From the NCBI RefSeq assembly GCF_006345805.1, contig NW_021827300.1, positions 1-10,766 of the forward strand: a DNA stretch of 10,766 bases. Reading direction: 5' to 3'. How positions within the stretch are numbered: position 1 is the first letter of the stretch; each line of letters starts with the position of its first letter. A model generated the notes under the pieces. The model did not search any database. It saw only the letters and a program-made list of their open reading frames with translations, and was not told the origin of the DNA. This DNA comes from Octopus sinensis (taxonomy: Eukaryota). Below are positions 7,930-10,766 of this stretch, in pieces. The position numbers and the translations under genes were made by a program.

Positions 7930-8029
7930 GTCGGTATAGGCCAGCAGAACTTCCGAAGAGTAATAGGTTTTATTTTAGACGTTCCAGTTTTGGGCAACCG
8001 TCTGTGCTGCTAAATTTACCACGCAGGTG

Positions 8030-8175
8030 AAGAACAACGGTGTGACTAAAACGTTTGTCTTCCAAGCACGATGTTATTTAAGTCGATCTCACTACGCGGC
8101 ATCTTGGATAAGTGTCTTTCTAATAGAACTTCGGGGACCAACGAAAGCCTCCATGAAGGAAATTTCAGTAGAATG
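8030..8175 (+). mobile_element. Old SINE family A head, diverged
   Basis: CTCACTACGCGGCATCTTGGATAAGTGTCTTTCTAATAG...ACCAACGAAAGCCT aligns with the reverse complement of 150-220 and 5445-5510. Confidence 0.7.
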
Positions 8176-8219
8176 AGGCTCATCGAAGGAAAAAAAGAAG
8201 GAAAATGGAGATCGTTCTG

Positions 8220-8390
8220 GTTTTTGTGTGTTACTATTAGTCCGTCGTCCCGATAAATACCACTACCGCTAGAACCCGATAGCAAGGTGCCTTTAGTGAA
8301 ATCTACACTATTGCAGACATTTGGCATTGTTCTTCAGGACTTCCATGTTGAAAGAGATGGTGTTGTTGTTTCGCCCTAGGTTAATCCAAT
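8220..8390 (-). pseudogene. Decayed Penelope-like reverse transcriptase fragment
   Basis: GIYRDDGLIV (YRDD at 8244-8255). Upstream, across frameshifts, are WINLGRNNNTISFNM(G)S and QMSAIV*ISLKGTL, matching the order W-I..F..MGS..Q....VGI..L..L..GLYRDDGL of this RT group as I recall it. Confidence 0.55.
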
Positions 8391-8916
8391 TAGAGCAGAT
8401 CTATAACCACAGGTGTTCCGTCATTTTCTTATGCGTGAAAATATAAAAAATAAACCGGCAGCACACTATGCGATGTTTACTTTCCTTCTTTTTTTTTATT
8501 AAGACGATGGATTATGAATAATTTGAAGATTATTTGGCTGCTATGTCTAGCAGATCGTGCTAGAGGCTCCCTCTTTGGGTTTCATACCGTGTTGCTGTTG
8601 AGTAGATCTTTGATGAAAGGCACTTTGAACCGTGGCCATCTTGTAAATTTCTTCAGTGCAGGGAATATAAGATATCAGTAGCCATCTTCTACATTTGTAT
8701 ACTAGTAGTGGGGTTCCTCCAAAGCACCTCTGCAGGCGCGTTAAATTATAGGCTGCGTATGTCGGAGATCAGAGAGTCTCTTCCGAGCTATAAGAAATGT
8801 TTTGCCGTATGAAAATTCGAGTAAGACATTTCGTTTTAAATTATTCCCTCACGTTTTTTCCTTAGATATTTGACACTGAATAAAAACCCCAGCTTATTTA
8901 ACGCTTTTATAAACCA

Positions 8917-9309
8917 CTAGCAGTATCGCCCGGCGTTGCTCGGGTTTGTTTCGTCCCTTTAAAATTGGAATTTTTGAAAAGTAAAAATTTTGCTTTATGT
9001 AGCTTGTTATTCTCTTTAAGTGAACATTTTTCTGGTTGAAATACACCGAAAAATGGCGACACAGCAGTAAAAAAAATCGTAAAAAAAAGGGATTTTCATA
9101 GACAAAAAGCACCTTTTGGATGTAAATAATTTTTGGTGTTAACATCATCCGATTTGAATTTTTTATTCTACGGAAGGAAGAGCAAGCCTTCTTCTATCAT
9201 ACTCTCAATTTTGGTCCACTTGCGCTGCAGGATCTCGGAGGAGATAGTGTTAGTTGTAGGCTACCAAACCTGCCATACACAGACAACTTCAGCTTTATAT
9301 ATAGAGAGA
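8917..9309 (-). mobile_element. Complete non-autonomous Helitron, 393 bp
   Basis: Minus strand: target A|TC start (TCTCTCTATATATAAAG, 9309 downward) and CTAG|T end (8917-8920). A GC-rich hairpin at 8929-8944 lies 8 nt before CTAG. No TSD. These are the canonical Helitron hallmarks. Confidence 0.88.
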
Positions 9310-9361
9310 TTTTATCAATCGTTTTTTTCTTATTACTTTAAAAAAATACCGACATTATACA

Positions 9362-9624
9362 CTTTATCATTGTCCATACGGCAAATTTTCTGGAAACATC
9401 TGCAGCCCTTTGTTACCAAAGCCCCTTGCTTGTCCAGACTTCTTGCTCTCTTCAGCTGATTATAGGCAATTTCACTGTAAACATCTTTGCCAAATGAAAA
9501 TTCGTCCTAAGAAATTTTGTTTTAAGTGATCTCATCACTTTTTTTTAATGTTTGACGTTGAATAAAGACTTGTTTATTTAAAAAAAAAAATATGCTTTAT
9601 CGTTGTCTATACGGCGAATTTTCT
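9362..9624. repeat. 30-bp direct repeat pair, 233 bp apart
   Basis: 9362-9391 vs 9595-9624, 27/30 identical; all three differences are transitions. Confidence 0.85.
9417..9506 (-). other. Candidate 90-nt phase 0-0 coding exon DEFSFGKDVYSEIAYNQLKRARSLDKQGAL
   Basis: Acceptor TTTCTTAG| and donor TTG|GTAACA on the minus strand; only the phase-0 frame is open. Peptide not recognised. Confidence 0.3.
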
Positions 9625-9712
9625 TACATGGTAAATTTTCCGGACATGTGTCCCCAAATTCAAACCCTACTTTTCTGCATTGGAAGGTCACAGATCTGGT
9701 ACTATGGGCATA

Positions 9713-9878
9713 TTTCATTCTTTTATTCTTTTACTTGTGTCAGTCATCTGACTGCGGCCATGCTGTAGCACCGCCTTTAGTCGAACAAATCGACGACAGG
9801 ACTTATTCTTTGCAAGCCTAGTACTTATTCTATCGGTCTCTTTTGCCGAACCGCTAGGTAACGGCGACATAACCACAC
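9713..9878 (-). mobile_element. SINE family A 3' module with (AAAGAAT)-type tail
   Basis: Matches 1-50 and the reverse complement of 2085-2205; breaks off at 9878. Confidence 0.85.
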
Positions 9879-10670
9879 TTATCTCTCGGAGGCATGATTG
9901 CGCACCGGCTCCATCCCCCACCCTCACTGAAATGAGGCCCCGCTTGCTAGATCAACTGGTTATTAGGTTTCGCTCAATATTCTTTCAGCCATTAAGGCGG
10001 CGAGCTGGCAGGAGAAATGCTTAGCAGTATTTCGTCTGCCATTACGTTCTGAGTTCAAATTCAGCTGCGGTCGACTTTGCCTTTCAAACTTTCGGGGTCG
10101 ATAAATTAAGTACCAGTTACGCACTGGGGTCGATATGATCAGCTTAATCCGTTTGTCCTTGTTTGTCCCCTCTGAATTTAGCCCCTTGTAAAGAAATAGG
10201 TATTTCGTCTGTCTTCACGTTCTGAATTCAAATTCCGCCGTGGTCGACTTTGTCTTTCATCCTTTCGGGGTCGATAAATTAAGTACCAATTCCGTACTGG
10301 GGTCGATCTAATCGACTGGTCCCCACTCTCCCAAAATTTCGGGCTTGTGCCTAGAGTAGAAAAGAAAAAAATATTCTTCTAGCCATTGTTTTTGCCGTCT
10401 CTTTTTAACCAATTCCAGTGGCTTGCCTTCTCCACTGTAGTCTGGACGTCACTCATGGTGGAATTTGCTTTACAATGAGTTAGGCCTAACGATAACAAAC
10501 AGTCGCCTCACACTGTGTCTCCAACGAATCCTCTACACCCAACATCGACTGGAAATTCCTCCGCTTTCCAGCCTGCGTCTTCACATTCCTCGGGGAGGTT
10601 TTTCATAACGGTCAACGTTTCGAGCCCGACCGGCGTCCTTGTTATCGCAAGACAAATTCTTCAAGCTAAA
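9879..10670 (-). pseudogene. HERO-like non-LTR retrotransposon 3' fragment (restriction-like endonuclease C-terminus and presumed 3' UTR), split by SINE 9994-10369
   Basis: DNKDAGRARNVDRYE(N)LPEECEDAGWKAEEFPVDVGCRGFVGDTV*GDCLLSLGLTH...VQTTVEKASHWNWLKRD matches the KY..L...C...GW....PVEVGCRGFV...AEKAS.W.W.KR tail of HERO-clade proteins. One extra A at 10599-10603 and one stop at 10508-10510. The left boundary at 9879 is inferred. Confidence 0.75.
9994..10369 (+). mobile_element. SINE family B dimer with 18-bp TSD
   Basis: Two B bodies (9994-10198 and 10199-10369). Flanked by AATATTCTTTCAGCCATT (9976-9993) and AATATTCTTCTAGCCATT (10370-10387), 16/18 identical. Confidence 0.92.
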
Positions 10671-10689
10671 ACTAGCAGTAGGAGACTGA

Positions 10690-10715
10690 GGGTCGGGGGG
10701 GTTGGGGGGGGGGGG
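10690..10715 (+). other. G-run cluster able to form a G-quadruplex
   Basis: G3-TC-G7-TT-G12 satisfies four G3 tracts with short loops. Confidence 0.6.
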
Positions 10716-10766
10716 TAAACCAAGAACGAAATGGTTAGAAAATATCCGTAGTCGCAGTAGGGTCAC

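Noticed and set aside
140-7997. Long ORFs in the supplied track (IY, HT, CV, MYVC, ER, LS repeats)
   Set aside because: They are translations of microsatellites or SINEs, which lack stops in some frames; no domain content.
8071-8256. RTE-like LIEGKKEGK motif in plus-strand ORF
   Set aside because: Mostly SINE A sequence plus a purine run; no further RTE motifs.
8744-8811. Imperfect hairpin 8744-8793, and 11-bp inverted match of 8801-8811 to 9375-9385 as a TIR
   Set aside because: Stems are short and interrupted; several 11-bp inverted matches are expected by chance in 10.8 kb, and there is no TSD.
9456-9590. Plus-strand terminal exon (acceptor 9455, stop, AATAAA 9561)
   Set aside because: Only 13 codons, frame-compatible with just one speculative path, and it conflicts with the minus-strand candidate. 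The A-run is genomic.
10615-10626. Second hammerhead (ACGTTTCGAGCC identical to 2370-2381)
   Set aside because: No CUGANGA-like core, it lies inside the HERO-like reading frame, and a 12-bp repeat is expected by chance here.
10671-10680. Second Helitron end (ACTAGCAGTA identical to 8916-8925)
   Set aside because: No adjacent hairpin and no further similarity.

Overview
Repeat-dense eukaryotic intronic or intergenic DNA, probably from an octopus (inferred from SINE sequences I recall from octopod genomes; no database check). No intact gene is present. The long ORFs in the supplied track are read-throughs of microsatellites, which by rough count cover about one fifth of the window. The window contains three tRNA-head SINE families (my labels A, B, C, about ten copies or fragments) and one complete 393-bp non-autonomous Helitron with canonical ends. 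It also holds decayed pieces of three retrotransposon classes: a HERO-like restriction-endonuclease C-terminus split by a dimeric SINE with an 18-bp TSD, an RTE-like C2H2 zinc-finger 3' end, and a Penelope-like RT fragment (YRDD). A Penelope-type terminal segment carries a variant minimal hammerhead-ribozyme motif. Tandem structure includes a 26-bp minisatellite built around TTAGGG, a ~95-bp degenerate array and a 148-bp duplication. A few unverified small exon candidates lie in unique sequence.
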